Assembly (NCBI GenBank): GCA_036229005.1
Contig: JAZAMN010000059.1
Location: 115,856-179,855, forward strand
Length of the DNA stretch: 64,000 nt
Reading direction: 5' to 3'
Origin: Myxococcota bacterium
GTDB lineage: Bacteria > Myxococcota_A > UBA796 > CAJQPC01
Translations under genes and position numbers: made by a program
Notes under the pieces: generated by a model
Database searches by the model: none
The model's input: the letters and a program-made list of their open reading frames with translations, nothing else
Told to the model about the DNA's origin: nothing
In this document: positions 38,160-47,837 of the stretch, piece by piece
How positions within the stretch are numbered: the first letter of the stretch is position 1
How the letters are laid out: each line of letters starts with the position of its first letter

Positions 38160-39227
38160 TCAGGCCAGGGTGACGCTCTCGTCGAGGTACACGTCCTGGA
38201 TGGCGTTGAGCAGGGCCACGCCGTCCGCGCGGGACTTCTGGAAGGCCTTGCGGCCGCTGATGAGGCCCACGCCGCCAGCGCGCTTGTTGATGACCGCGGT
38301 GCGCACGGCCTGGGCCATGTCGTTCTTGCCGGAGCCGCCGCCGGAGTTGATGAGCCCGACGCGGCCCATGAAGCAGTTGGCCACCTGGTAGCGCACCAGG
38401 TCGATGGGGTTCTCGGAGGCGAGCTCGGTGTAGATGCGGTCGTCGAACTTGCCGTAGCTGCTATCGCCCATGTTCAGCGCCCGGTAGCCGCCGTTGTTGG
38501 TGGCCATCTTCTGCTTGACGATGTCCGCGTGCAGGGTGGCCGCCAGGTGGTTGGCCTGGCCGGTCAGGTCGGCGGCGGCGTGGTAGTCGACCCCGTCCTG
38601 CTTGAACGCGGGGTTGCGCAGGTAGGCCCACAGCACGGTCGCCATGCCCAGCTCGTGGGCGTGGGCGAAGGCCTGGGAGACCTCCTGGATCTGGCGGTTT
38701 GAGTCCTCGGACCCAAAGTAGATGGTCGCGCCCACGGCCACGCAGCCCATGTCGTAGGCCTGCTCGATCTGGGCGAACATGATCTGCTCGAAGGTGTTGG
38801 GCACCGACAGCAGCTCGTTGTGGTTGATCTTGAGCATCAGCGGGATCTTGTGGGCCCACTTGCGGGCCACCATGCCCAGCACGCCCAGGGTGCTCGCCAC
38901 CGCGTTGCAGCCGCCCTCGTAGGCGAGCTCCACGATGTTCTGGGGGTCGAAGTAGTCGGGGTTGGGCGCGAAGCTGGCGCCGGCGCTGTGCTCGATGCCC
39001 TGGTCCACCGGGAGGATGCTCAGGTAGCCGGTGTTGGCCAGGCGACCGTTGCCGTAGAGCGCCTGGATGCTGCGCAGGGTCCGCACGTTGCGGTCGGACT
39101 GGCTCCAGATGCGGTCCACCAGGTCGGGCCCGGTCTGGCTCAGGCGGCTGGCCGGGATGGTGGTGCAGGTGTGGGCGAGCAGGCTGTCGGCCTCGGCGCC
39201 GAGGAGCTGTGCGATGTCGGTGGCCAT
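38160..39227 (-). CDS. fbaB: Class I fructose-bisphosphate aldolase (DhnA type)
   Basis: [49 protein letters not shown]. Confidence 0.96.
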   Translation of the reverse strand: MATDIAQLLGAEADSLLAHTCTTIPASRLSQTGPDLVDRIWSQSDRNVRTLRSIQALYGNGRLANTGYLSILPVDQGIEHSAGASFAPNPDYFDPQNIVELAYEGGCNAVASTLGVLGMVARKWAHKIPLMLKINHNELLSVPNTFEQIMFAQIEQAYDMGCVAVGATIYFGSEDSNRQIQEVSQAFAHAHELGMATVLWAYLRNPAFKQDGVDYHAAADLTGQANHLAATLHADIVKQKMATNNGGYRALNMGDSSYGKFDDRIYTELASENPIDLVRYQVANCFMGRVGLINSGGGSGKNDMAQAVRTAVINKRAGGVGLISGRKAFQKSRADGVALLNAIQDVYLDESVTLA

Positions 39228-39334
39228 GGGGTCCTCCTGGTGGTGGACCCAGGCTTAATGGAGCGCCCCAAGGCGCACCATGCCAAGGTCGAAACAGCCG
39301 GGATCCCCTGCTCCACCGGCGGGCTCACCAAGAG

Positions 39335-39370
39335 AAAAGGGCCCGCCCCCCAACCGGGAGACAGGCCCTC
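39335..39370 (-). terminator. Probable rho-independent terminator after the TlpA gene
   Basis: Imperfect GC-rich hairpin AGGGCC...GGCCCT followed on the minus strand by TTTTCTCT. Confidence 0.5.
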
Positions 39371-39406
39371 TCAAGCGAGGTCACCTGGGTGACCTTCACG
39401 GAAGCC

Positions 39407-40147
39407 TCAGAGGTACTTCTCGATCATCTCGTCGCTCAGGCGGCCGGGGTGACCACGCCAGACGATCTTGCCGTCCTTGACCACGGCGGCGGCGGGGATG
39501 CCGGAGACTGCGAAGGCCTTGGCGGCGTCGCCGTTCTCCTTGAGCACGGTGTAGGTCACGCCCTGCTCCTTCACGAACTCCTTGACGCCCTCTTCGGTCG
39601 CGGACTTGGTGATGCGGGTCAGGCCGACCACGTCCATCTTGCCCTTGTACTTGTCGGCGGTCTTGATGAGCTCAGGCACCTCGCGCCGGCAGTGGGGGCA
39701 CCAGACCTCCCAGAACACCACCAGGGTGGTGCCGCTCTGCAGGTCCATGTCGCTGGCCTGGCCCACGTAGGCGGCCTCGATGGTGGGGTTGGTCACGGAG
39801 GTGCCGATGACGTCCAGCTCGCGCTTGTAGCGGATGGCCTTGTTGGCGGTCTGGGTGGTGCCGAAGTCCTTGAACAGCTTGTCCAGGTCGGCCTTGGCGC
39901 CCTCCATGTCCCCGGCGCCCATCTTCTCGTTGAACTGGCCGAAGAGCTCCTGGGCCTTGGCCTCGTCCGCGGCGTTCACGGCGGGAGCGGCGGCGCGCCC
40001 GGAGCCGCTGCCCCGACCACCCTTCTCGAGCTCGGCGACGCGGGCGTCGAGGGCCTCGACCTTGGCGGCGAGCTCGTCGTGGTCAGCCTTGGGAGCGCAG
40101 GCGGCCAGGCTGGCCAGCGCGAGGGCGGAGAAGATCATGTTCCGCAT
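39407..40147 (-). CDS. TlpA-family thiol:disulfide oxidoreductase lipoprotein
   Basis: LAAC lipobox; FWEVWCPHC; GIP; GHP. Confidence 0.88.
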   Translation of the reverse strand: MRNMIFSALALASLAACAPKADHDELAAKVEALDARVAELEKGGRGSGSGRAAAPAVNAADEAKAQELFGQFNEKMGAGDMEGAKADLDKLFKDFGTTQTANKAIRYKRELDVIGTSVTNPTIEAAYVGQASDMDLQSGTTLVVFWEVWCPHCRREVPELIKTADKYKGKMDVVGLTRITKSATEEGVKEFVKEQGVTYTVLKENGDAAKAFAVSGIPAAAVVKDGKIVWRGHPGRLSDEMIEKYL

Positions 40148-40328
40148 TGGGATGCCTCCAGTTCAGCCCCCAACGACAGGCGGGGGCGGGCGGTTTCTGA
40201 GTTCGGCGGCCCCGGAGGCCGCGTGACCCCTGGGAATTAGCACAAGCACGATGGGTCGGCCATTGCCGACCGTGGGAAGGCCTGTACCGCCCAGGGGGTT
40301 CAGGTATTTCGCCTTGGGGGCACAGAAG

Positions 40329-41294
40329 TCAGCGACAGACCTCGGCGTGGCGGTAGGCGAAGTCGCTGTCCGGGCCGGCGACCCACTCCGCGACCAGCAG
40401 CGGAGTCGGCCCGTCGGTCGCCGCGGTGACGGCGTACAGCTCCGCGTCCAGGCCACTGTCGACCTCGCTGGCGGACCCGAGCTCGCAGTTGGCGTGCACC
40501 GGGATCTGGAGCAGTGTGCCCTGGGGTGAGAGCCCCCACGCCATCGCTCCCTCCTCCAGCCCCTGGAGCGCGAAGGGGGCCAGGATGTCCGTGATCTGCG
40601 CGGTGCAGCCGGTCTCAGGGTCCGCGATCCAGGCGTCCTGGGGGCTGTCGATGCCCACGCGGACGAAGGTGCTCCCCTGGCCGTCGACCACGATGCCGCG
40701 CACCTGATCGACGCCGGTCAGCAGGCCAACCGAGACCACCGCGTCGCCCTCAAGGCGCTCGATGGGGAAGTCCAGGCCCTCGGTGCGCGCCCAGGTCGGG
40801 CCGGGGCCCAGCACAAGCCAGTCGCGCTCGGGCAGGTCGGCGGCGATCTCAAGGTCCTCGCCCCAGGTGTTGTCGGCCAGGGTGCGCAGGAAGGTCCCGC
40901 CGGGCTCGCCGTTCCTGAGCAGGTGCAGGCCGCTCTCGGCGTCCCCCCACAGGGCGGCGGCGTAGCTCTTGGACCCGGGGGGCACGTCCTCGGGGGTGGC
41001 GTCGGCGGGGTAGTGCAGGCGGAGCTGGCCTTCATCCAGGCGCTCCACGAAGGCCACCTGGCCGTCCACGACCGTGAGGTCCTGGCTCTCGCCGCTGAGC
41101 TCGAACACCACCTGGCCGTCCTTGGCGACGCTGGCGCCCTGAGTCCAGAGAGCGCCGTCGCCATCCACGACGGCTCTGCGGGAATAGGAGGGTGCGTCGG
41201 CCCACTCCACCGCGTCCCCCACCACCCACAAGGCCCGGGTGCCCAGCTCCCGGTCATCACAGGGGGTGCAGGCGAGGAGAACAAGGATCAGCAT
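40329..41294 (-). CDS. Hypothetical lipoprotein (beta-propeller-like)
   Basis: MLILVLLAC; beta-rich; overlaps the LRR gene stop. Confidence 0.7.
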   Translation of the reverse strand: MLILVLLACTPCDDRELGTRALWVVGDAVEWADAPSYSRRAVVDGDGALWTQGASVAKDGQVVFELSGESQDLTVVDGQVAFVERLDEGQLRLHYPADATPEDVPPGSKSYAAALWGDAESGLHLLRNGEPGGTFLRTLADNTWGEDLEIAADLPERDWLVLGPGPTWARTEGLDFPIERLEGDAVVSVGLLTGVDQVRGIVVDGQGSTFVRVGIDSPQDAWIADPETGCTAQITDILAPFALQGLEEGAMAWGLSPQGTLLQIPVHANCELGSASEVDSGLDAELYAVTAATDGPTPLLVAEWVAGPDSDFAYRHAEVCR

Positions 41295-42160
41295 TCGAGC
41301 TCCGGGATGGCGTCGCGCAGGGCGCTGAGCTGGTCGGGCAGGAGCCCGCAGTCCCGTACCCGGAGGCAGCGCAGGCCCTCGGTCCGGGACAGGGCACGCA
41401 CGCCTTCAGGACCCAAGGTGTTGCCGCTCAGGTCCAGCGCGCTGACCTGGGGGATGTGGGAGAGCGCGACCACCCCGGCCGGGCCGATCCCGCAGCCCTC
41501 CAGGCGCAGGGACGTGAGGGTGCGGGTCGCGGCGAGGCGGATGGCGCCGGCGTCCCCCAGGGGGTTGTTCCGCAGATCCACCCGCTCCAGGGGCATCTCG
41601 GCCAGGATGCTGGCGCCCTCCTTGCCCACCCGGTTCTCGGTCAGGCGCAGGCTGCGCAGCGCCGGCAGGCCCGCAACCGCCTGGAGCAGGCTGTTGTCGC
41701 CGCGGATCTCGAGCTGGATGACGTTGCCGGGGCCGCGCTCGACCTTGGGCTGGCGGCAGCGAACGCCGTTCCCATCCAGCCGCAGCTCCCGCAGGGTGTG
41801 GGCGGGGATGCGCCGCAGCATCGGGGGCAACGCGGCGGCCCCCACGCCCGGGACCACCACCAGGCGCACGAGCCCAGGGCCCAGGTCGGGGCCTATGGTG
41901 GCCAGCAGCTCAGCCGCCGCCTCGCTGCGCACCTTGAGGGTGGCGCCCGCCTGCCCGAAGTTCGGGCGCACCACCAGCTCGTCGCCAAGCTCCAGGATCA
42001 ACGCCCGATCTTCGGGACGCAGCCCCGGCAGACAGAAGGCCAGGGCGTGTTCGGGGAGATCCTGGGCGAGGTCGTCGACCAGGCGCAGGAAGCCGCCGCG
42101 ATCGCCCCGCTCTCGCAGGGTGTGCAGGCGGCGCTCGAGACCAGGGAGGGGCTTGCTCAC
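41288..42160 (-). CDS. Leucine-rich-repeat (RNI-like) protein
   Basis: LRSLRLTENRVGKEGA, VDLRNNPLGDAGA, LRLEGCGIGPAGV, LDLSGNTLGPEGV. Confidence 0.82.
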   Translation of the reverse strand: MSKPLPGLERRLHTLRERGDRGGFLRLVDDLAQDLPEHALAFCLPGLRPEDRALILELGDELVVRPNFGQAGATLKVRSEAAAELLATIGPDLGPGLVRLVVVPGVGAAALPPMLRRIPAHTLRELRLDGNGVRCRQPKVERGPGNVIQLEIRGDNSLLQAVAGLPALRSLRLTENRVGKEGASILAEMPLERVDLRNNPLGDAGAIRLAATRTLTSLRLEGCGIGPAGVVALSHIPQVSALDLSGNTLGPEGVRALSRTEGLRCLRVRDCGLLPDQLSALRDAIPELEC

Positions 42161-42273
42161 GCCCAGCAAGGTACCCTGATCCAGTCCCCGTCGGCATCCC
42201 GACGGGATGGGCGCCTGTAAGTCAGGTGTCCCCGCGCGCGTTCCCCGCGCCCCGAGAGAGTCCTGGAGCCGTC

Positions 42274-43068
42274 ATGCTCATCTGCCTTGTCGCCGCCGCC
42301 ACCGCCGCCTCCCCTGGCCTGGTCACCACCGCCCGCGGGGACGTGACCCTGAACGGCGAGCCCGTGAGCGTCCCCTTGGTGCTCGCCGAGGGCCAGACCC
42401 TGGACCTGGGGGCCGGCGCCGAGGTCGTGGTGCTCTACCAGGGCGCCGCCAGCCAGCACCAGGGCCCCAGCACCCTGACGGTCTCCGAGCTGCAGGGCGC
42501 CAGCGCCTCCACCGGCGAGCAGGTGGCCACCCTGGACTCCGTGCTCTCCCGCGAGACCAGCACCGCCCGCACCGGAGCCACCCGGGCAGCCGCCGAGCTC
42601 CAGCTCCTGCGCCCGGTGGTCGGGGACGAGGTGTTCGCCCTCCAGAGCATCCAGTGGCGCTGCGCTGAGACCGCCCAGGGGCAGCCCTGCCCGGAGATCC
42701 CGGTGGAGGTCTACTCCTTCATGGACGACGCCGTGCTCTGGACCGCAGCGGGCGCCGGCAGCGTGGACTACGCCGGCCCCGAGCTGCCCCCCGGCCCCTA
42801 CACCGTGCGCCTGAGCGGCGTGGACTTCGCCTTCAAGGTCGCCTCCGCCGGCGAGAAGGAGCAGGTCCAGAGCGCCGTCCAGACCGCCTCCCAGGCCGGC
42901 AGCGCCCTGTCCCAGGTCGACCAGCTCTCCCTGGTGGTGGGCCTCTACGCCCAGTCCGGGCACCTGAGCGAGGCCCTCTGGGCCCTGGAGTCCGGCATGA
43001 AGGCGCAGCAGGCCCCCGAGCTGGACGCCCTGCAGGCGACCCTGGAGACCCAGGCAGGCCAGCGGTGA
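42274..43068 (+). CDS. Secreted protein: FecR-like N-terminal beta domain + DUF928-like C-terminal region
   Basis: GGAG SD; MLICLVAAATA signal; GDVTL...L..GQTLDLGAGAEVVVLY; linker GATR; C-terminal LYAQSGHLSEAL. Family calls are by eye. Confidence 0.6.
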   Translation: MLICLVAAATAASPGLVTTARGDVTLNGEPVSVPLVLAEGQTLDLGAGAEVVVLYQGAASQHQGPSTLTVSELQGASASTGEQVATLDSVLSRETSTARTGATRAAAELQLLRPVVGDEVFALQSIQWRCAETAQGQPCPEIPVEVYSFMDDAVLWTAAGAGSVDYAGPELPPGPYTVRLSGVDFAFKVASAGEKEQVQSAVQTASQAGSALSQVDQLSLVVGLYAQSGHLSEALWALESGMKAQQAPELDALQATLETQAGQR

Positions 43069-44474
43069 AGCTCCCCTGGTGGCGCCGTCAGGACCAAGGC
43101 GAGGAGTGCGACAGCCCCGCCTCCCACCTGGCGCGGTCCATGGCCTACGAGTCGCTGGTCGTGGTGTTCACCGCGGTCGCCGCCGCCGTGATCGCCTTCC
43201 TGGTCAGCCGCGGCCAGGTCGAGGACCTCTACATCAAGGCCCGCGGCAGCGCGCCCACCAGCGGCGAGGTCGCGGTGGTCACCATCGGCCCCGAGGCCCT
43301 GTACCTGTGGGACCCCAGCCAGCCCCAGCCCGAGCAGACCCCCCGCGGCCTGCTCACCGAGCTGGTGCGCAGCATCGAAGAGGCCGGCGCCTCCGTCATC
43401 GTGCTCGACGTGCTCATGGACGCCCCCGATGAGCCCGGCCTGGTGCCCGATCCCGCGCTGTGGAGCCCCAGCACCCCCGTCGTCGTGGCCACCCGCTTCG
43501 TACCCACCGCGCCCACCGCCCAGCGCGACTTCATGCCCGACAAGGCCGCCGCGCTCAGCCACCCCCAGATCCACGCCGGCTTCGCCAACCTCCAGACCGA
43601 GCAGCCCTGGCTCTTCGCGGACGGCGAACTGGTGCGTCACGCGCCCTTGGTGCGGCAGGTCGCGAGCGCATCCCTGAGCCCCGGCACCTGGCCCACCAAC
43701 CTCTTGGGCGCGGACCAGCAGGACGACCGCCTGGTCCCCAGCATGACCCTCCAGGCGGCGATGCTGCATCGCGGGACCTCGCTGGCGGACCTGAGTGCTG
43801 TGTGTCCCGTCACGCCAGGGGAGCCCCTGCGGTGCACCGAGGGTGCTCAGGCGCTCGGACTCCCCGCCTCTCCCCAGCCCCTGCACGAGGGCGTGCTCAT
43901 CAACTTCCGCGGCCCCGAAGGCCACGACGGCATCCCCACCGTGCGCGCCGCCAGCCTGCTCCGCGCCGCCTCCATGCGCGGCCTGATGGAGTCCCAGGGC
44001 GTGCCCGGCCCCCCCGCCGACCTGCCCCCCGACATCCGCGAGGCCCTGGCCGGCAAGGTCGTCATCGTCGGGCGCGTGGACCGCATCGGGCAGGCGCACG
44101 CCGACCGCTTCGTCACGCCCTACAGCTTCCCCACCCTCATGCGCGCCGACATGGCCGGCGTCCGCGTCCAGGCCCAGGTCATCGACACCCTCCTGTCGGG
44201 CCGCCACGTCCGCAAGCCCCCCCGCTGGCCCTTCTGGCTGCTGGGCATCGGGCTCGGGGCCGCCGTCTGGTGGTCCAGCCTCAAGCTACGCGACGACGTC
44301 CACGCATTCGGCTGGTCCGCGGTCTCCGGACTGCTGCTGGTGCTCGGCGTGTTGGTCTTCCGCTGGAGCGATGGCTGGTCCGCGCCCCTGGGTCCCCCCC
44401 TGGCCGGCGTCCTGCTCACGCTGCTGGCCGTTCACGGCTATGGTTGGTCGGTCGAGGAGTCCAAGCGCACATGA
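43065..44474 (+). CDS. CHASE2-domain membrane protein with no cytoplasmic output domain
   Basis: VAVVTI, PRGLL.ELV, GASVIVLDVL, DGELVR, LINFRGP, GKVVIVG, DRFVTP, MAGV.VQAQ.IDTLL, then three TM helices and a stop. Confidence 0.85.
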   Translation: MKLPWWRRQDQGEECDSPASHLARSMAYESLVVVFTAVAAAVIAFLVSRGQVEDLYIKARGSAPTSGEVAVVTIGPEALYLWDPSQPQPEQTPRGLLTELVRSIEEAGASVIVLDVLMDAPDEPGLVPDPALWSPSTPVVVATRFVPTAPTAQRDFMPDKAAALSHPQIHAGFANLQTEQPWLFADGELVRHAPLVRQVASASLSPGTWPTNLLGADQQDDRLVPSMTLQAAMLHRGTSLADLSAVCPVTPGEPLRCTEGAQALGLPASPQPLHEGVLINFRGPEGHDGIPTVRAASLLRAASMRGLMESQGVPGPPADLPPDIREALAGKVVIVGRVDRIGQAHADRFVTPYSFPTLMRADMAGVRVQAQVIDTLLSGRHVRKPPRWPFWLLGIGLGAAVWWSSLKLRDDVHAFGWSAVSGLLLVLGVLVFRWSDGWSAPLGPPLAGVLLTLLAVHGYGWSVEESKRT

Positions 44475-45232
44475 GACGTCGAAGCTTCGTTGCAGGCAGC
44501 CTGTCCTCGCTGGTGCTGGGGGCGCTGATGGGTGCGATCCCCCGGGATGCCCAGGCGGTGGGCGACGAGAGCTCCGAGCGCGTCGCGGTCCTCTACTTCG
44601 AGAACCAGGGCAACCCCGAGCTTGAGCCCCTCAAGGTGGGCCTGGCCCAGATGCTCATCACGGACCTGACCGGCACACCCGGCGTCACCGTGGTCGAGCG
44701 CAACCAGCTCCAGGCCATCCTCAGCGAGCTGGAGCTGGGCCACTCCGGCAAGGTCAGCGGCGACACCGCGGCCAAGGTCGGCAAGCTGCTGGGCGCCAGG
44801 TGGCTGATCCTGGGCTCCTACTTCGAGATGATGGGGACCCTGCGCATCGACGCGCGGCTGGTGCGCGTGGAGACCGGCGAGATCGTGGCCAGCCACGGCG
44901 CGAGCGGCGAGGCCAAGGCCTTCATGGGCCTGGAGAAGCAGCTCTCCGGCAAGCTCAAGGGGGAGCTGACGGAGTCCGTGGCGCCCACGGGAACCCGGTC
45001 CACCCCCTCGGCCTCTGGGCAGAGCACCCCCGCTGTCGTCGAGCAGCCCGCCGGCGAGGTCATCGTTCCGCCGGACGCCAAGGAGCTGCAGGCCGCCGTG
45101 GCCTTCTCCGAGGGCCTGATCTACCTGGACCAGGAGGACCTGCCCCGCGCCCGCGAGGCCTTCGAGTCCGCGGTGGCCCAGAACCCCGACCTGGACGAAG
45201 CCAAGACCGCTCTGGCCAGCCTGGAGCTCTGA
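44471..45232 (+). CDS. CsgG/HfaB (TolB-N-like) family protein with C-terminal TPR
   Basis: RRRSF Tat-like signal; VAVLYFEN, GLAQMLITDL, VVERNQL..IL.EL, GKLLGA, RIDARLV.VETGEI. Confidence 0.82.
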   Translation: MRRRSFVAGSLSSLVLGALMGAIPRDAQAVGDESSERVAVLYFENQGNPELEPLKVGLAQMLITDLTGTPGVTVVERNQLQAILSELELGHSGKVSGDTAAKVGKLLGARWLILGSYFEMMGTLRIDARLVRVETGEIVASHGASGEAKAFMGLEKQLSGKLKGELTESVAPTGTRSTPSASGQSTPAVVEQPAGEVIVPPDAKELQAAVAFSEGLIYLDQEDLPRAREAFESAVAQNPDLDEAKTALASLEL

Positions 45233-47830
45233 GTGGGGCTGTGGCGCTGTCTGGGCCTGAGCCTGTGGCTGGCGGCCTCCCCGCCGGTGCAGGAGGACCT
45301 GGACCAGGGCGCGCAGGCCTTTGGGCAGGGGGACTACGCGACCGCCCTGGTGGAGTGGTCGTTGGCGCTGCAGCAGGCGCGGGAAGACGGCGACGCCCAG
45401 GCGCAGATCCAGGCGCTCTTGGGGCTCTCGGCGGCCAACCGGCAGCTCGGGCGGCTGGAGGAGGCGCAGGAGCTCGCGGAGCTGGCGGGTGAGGCTGGCG
45501 CGTCGGAGGCGCAGGTGGGGCTGGCCGTGGGGCTCGTCGCCCTGGACCGGGGGGAGCTCAAGGCGGCGGAGAAGGCGTTCAAGAGAGGCTTTGTGGCGGC
45601 TCAGAAGGCCGAGCACCCCGCTCTGGCCGCCGACTGCGCCAACAACCTCGGCCTGGCTCGGCTCAAGCGAGGTCACCACGGCGAGGCGCTCAAGGCCTTC
45701 GACGCTGCGCTCACCCTGAACCTGGCCCTGGACAACGCGCGGGCCGCCGCAGACGTGCGCAACAACCGCGGGCTCACCTTGCGGCGCATGGGCCGGCTGG
45801 TCGAGGCGCGGGGCGAGCTGGAGGCGGCCATCGCGGGCTTCCGCGCCACCGGGGACTGGGGCGGCGAGGGCGACGCCATGCGGAACCTGGGGCTGGTGCT
45901 CCAGGAGCTGGGCCAGCACGAGGCCGCCGGGCAGCTCTACGAGGCGGCGCTGGCCACGGCCCGGCAGCGCCGGGATCTGCGGCGTCAGGGGGTGCTGCTG
46001 CAGGCGCTGGGCACCCTGGATCAGCAGGCGGGCGACGCGCAGCAGGCCGCGACCCGCTACGCGGCAGCCGAGGAGGCCTTCAAGGCGGCGGGGGTGGACC
46101 GGGAGGCGCTCGGGGCTGCGCTCAGCCGGGCCTCGCTGGGACAGGATGCGGGGGTGTACGGGCAGATCGCGGCCCAGGCGGTGGACCTGCAGGCCTGGAG
46201 CACCGCGGCCTCCGCCTCCCTGAACCTGGGGGTCCTGCGGGGGGAGAGGGAGCCCCTGGAGTCGGCGCTGGAGCTGGCCGAGGCGCACCACCTGGCCCAA
46301 GTGGAGTGGCGGGCGCGCTACGCCCTGGGGCGCTGGGAGATCGACCACGGGGAGACAGAGTCCGGCATCGCCGAGCTGCGCCTGGCGGTGGACCAGCTCG
46401 AGCGCACTCGGCGGCAGCTCGATGCGGGCTCGGCCCAGGTGTTCCTGGTGCAGTACGAGCAGGTCTACCAGGCGCTGATCGACGCGCTGCTGGCCCAGGG
46501 AGACGACCTGGGGGCCTTCGTGTACGCCGAGCGCCTGCAGCTCGCGGGGATGGACGGCGCGCCCATCCCCCAGGGCCCCGAGGCGCTGCGCTACCAGGCG
46601 CTGCTGGAGCAGGAGGCCGCGCTGACCCAGCAGCTCCAGGTGGCCGAGTCCCAGGGCCGCGATGAGCAGTCCCAGGCGCTCCGGGAACAGCTCGCGGCCC
46701 TGCGGGTGGAGTTCGCCGCGACGGTGGACGCGCTGCGGGCGACCTACCCGGACTTCGACCAGCTCGTGCGGGTGGACCCCGAAGACCTGGAGGCCGTGCA
46801 GGCGGAGCTGGACCCGGGCGTGGCCGTGCTGCAGCCCATCCTCTTCGAGGACCGCCTGGTGCTGCTGCTGGTCAAGAAGGACAGCCTGCGGGCGGTCCAG
46901 GTGGACAGCGACCCCGCGGAGATCCGGCGGAACATCTCGCGGCTGACGCGCTCGCTGCGCGCGCAGATGATCGACCAGCCCGAGTGGACCGCTGGCCTCG
47001 CCGATGCCCTGGGTGCGGCTCTGATCGCACCCATCGCCCCGGATCTGGAGGGGGTGGAGGTCCTGGCGGTGAGCGCCAGCGGGCCCTTCCAGCAGCTCCC
47101 CTTCTCCCTGCTGCGCCACGACGGCCAATGGCTGGTCGAGGACCTGGCGGTGGTGAACCTGACCCACGTGGGCAGCCTGCGGGCGCGCGGCGCGGCCACC
47201 CCCCGCTTCGTGATGAGCGGCCCCGAGCTGCTGCTGGTGGGCAACCCCGACGGCAGCCTGCCCGGCGCCGAGACCGAGGTGCAGTCCATCGCCCGGCGCT
47301 ACCCGGGCGCGACCCTGGTGACGGGGGATCTGGGGGGCCAGCAGGCCCTGCTGGAGCTCTCGGAGGGCAAGCGGGCCGTGCACCTGGCGACCCACGGTGT
47401 CATCGACCCCACCCGGCCGACCCGCTCCTACCTGGTGATCGGCGACGCGCAGCAGGACGGCGGGCGCCTGGTCTACGGGCAGATCCCCGGCTTGGCTCCC
47501 TGGCTCTCGGACACCCGCCTGGTGGTGCTCTCCGCCTGCGAGAGCGGGCTCCCGGTCCAGGCCCCCGACGCCCCCGGAGACGAGCTGGCCATCTCCATCC
47601 ACGGCCTCAGCGCGCAGTTCCAGCGGGCCGGCGTGGAGACCCTGGTGGCCAGCCTGTGGAAGGTGGACGACGCCGCGACCCAGGCCCTGATGGAGGGCTT
47701 CTACGGCGAGCTGGCCCAGGGCAAGGACATCGCCCAGGCGCTGCGCGGCGCCCAGCTCCAGATGCTGCGCGGCGAGCAGGCCCACCCCTGGTACTGGGCG
47801 GGCTTCCTGGTGGCCGGCGACTGGCGCTAA
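45233..47830 (+). CDS. TPR-CHAT (caspase-like, clan CD) protease
   Basis: TPRs (NNLG, NNRG, RNLG); LPFSLL, GNP, LPGAETEV, HLATHG, VLSACESG, ASLWKVDD, HPWYWAGF. Confidence 0.93.
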   Translation: MGLWRCLGLSLWLAASPPVQEDLDQGAQAFGQGDYATALVEWSLALQQAREDGDAQAQIQALLGLSAANRQLGRLEEAQELAELAGEAGASEAQVGLAVGLVALDRGELKAAEKAFKRGFVAAQKAEHPALAADCANNLGLARLKRGHHGEALKAFDAALTLNLALDNARAAADVRNNRGLTLRRMGRLVEARGELEAAIAGFRATGDWGGEGDAMRNLGLVLQELGQHEAAGQLYEAALATARQRRDLRRQGVLLQALGTLDQQAGDAQQAATRYAAAEEAFKAAGVDREALGAALSRASLGQDAGVYGQIAAQAVDLQAWSTAASASLNLGVLRGEREPLESALELAEAHHLAQVEWRARYALGRWEIDHGETESGIAELRLAVDQLERTRRQLDAGSAQVFLVQYEQVYQALIDALLAQGDDLGAFVYAERLQLAGMDGAPIPQGPEALRYQALLEQEAALTQQLQVAESQGRDEQSQALREQLAALRVEFAATVDALRATYPDFDQLVRVDPEDLEAVQAELDPGVAVLQPILFEDRLVLLLVKKDSLRAVQVDSDPAEIRRNISRLTRSLRAQMIDQPEWTAGLADALGAALIAPIAPDLEGVEVLAVSASGPFQQLPFSLLRHDGQWLVEDLAVVNLTHVGSLRARGAATPRFVMSGPELLLVGNPDGSLPGAETEVQSIARRYPGATLVTGDLGGQQALLELSEGKRAVHLATHGVIDPTRPTRSYLVIGDAQQDGGRLVYGQIPGLAPWLSDTRLVVLSACESGLPVQAPDAPGDELAISIHGLSAQFQRAGVETLVASLWKVDDAATQALMEGFYGELAQGKDIAQALRGAQLQMLRGEQAHPWYWAGFLVAGDWR

Positions 47831-47837
47831 AGGCGGC

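Noticed and set aside
40200..40300. Nested inverted repeats upstream of the TlpA gene as an ncRNA
   Set aside because: Short GC-rich stems are expected by chance at this GC content, and there is no recognisable family signature.
45233..47830. CHAT protease as part of a type III-E CRISPR (Craspase) or other antiphage system
   Set aside because: There are no cas genes, array, gasdermin-like, NTPase or nuclease genes nearby; the neighbours are envelope proteins.
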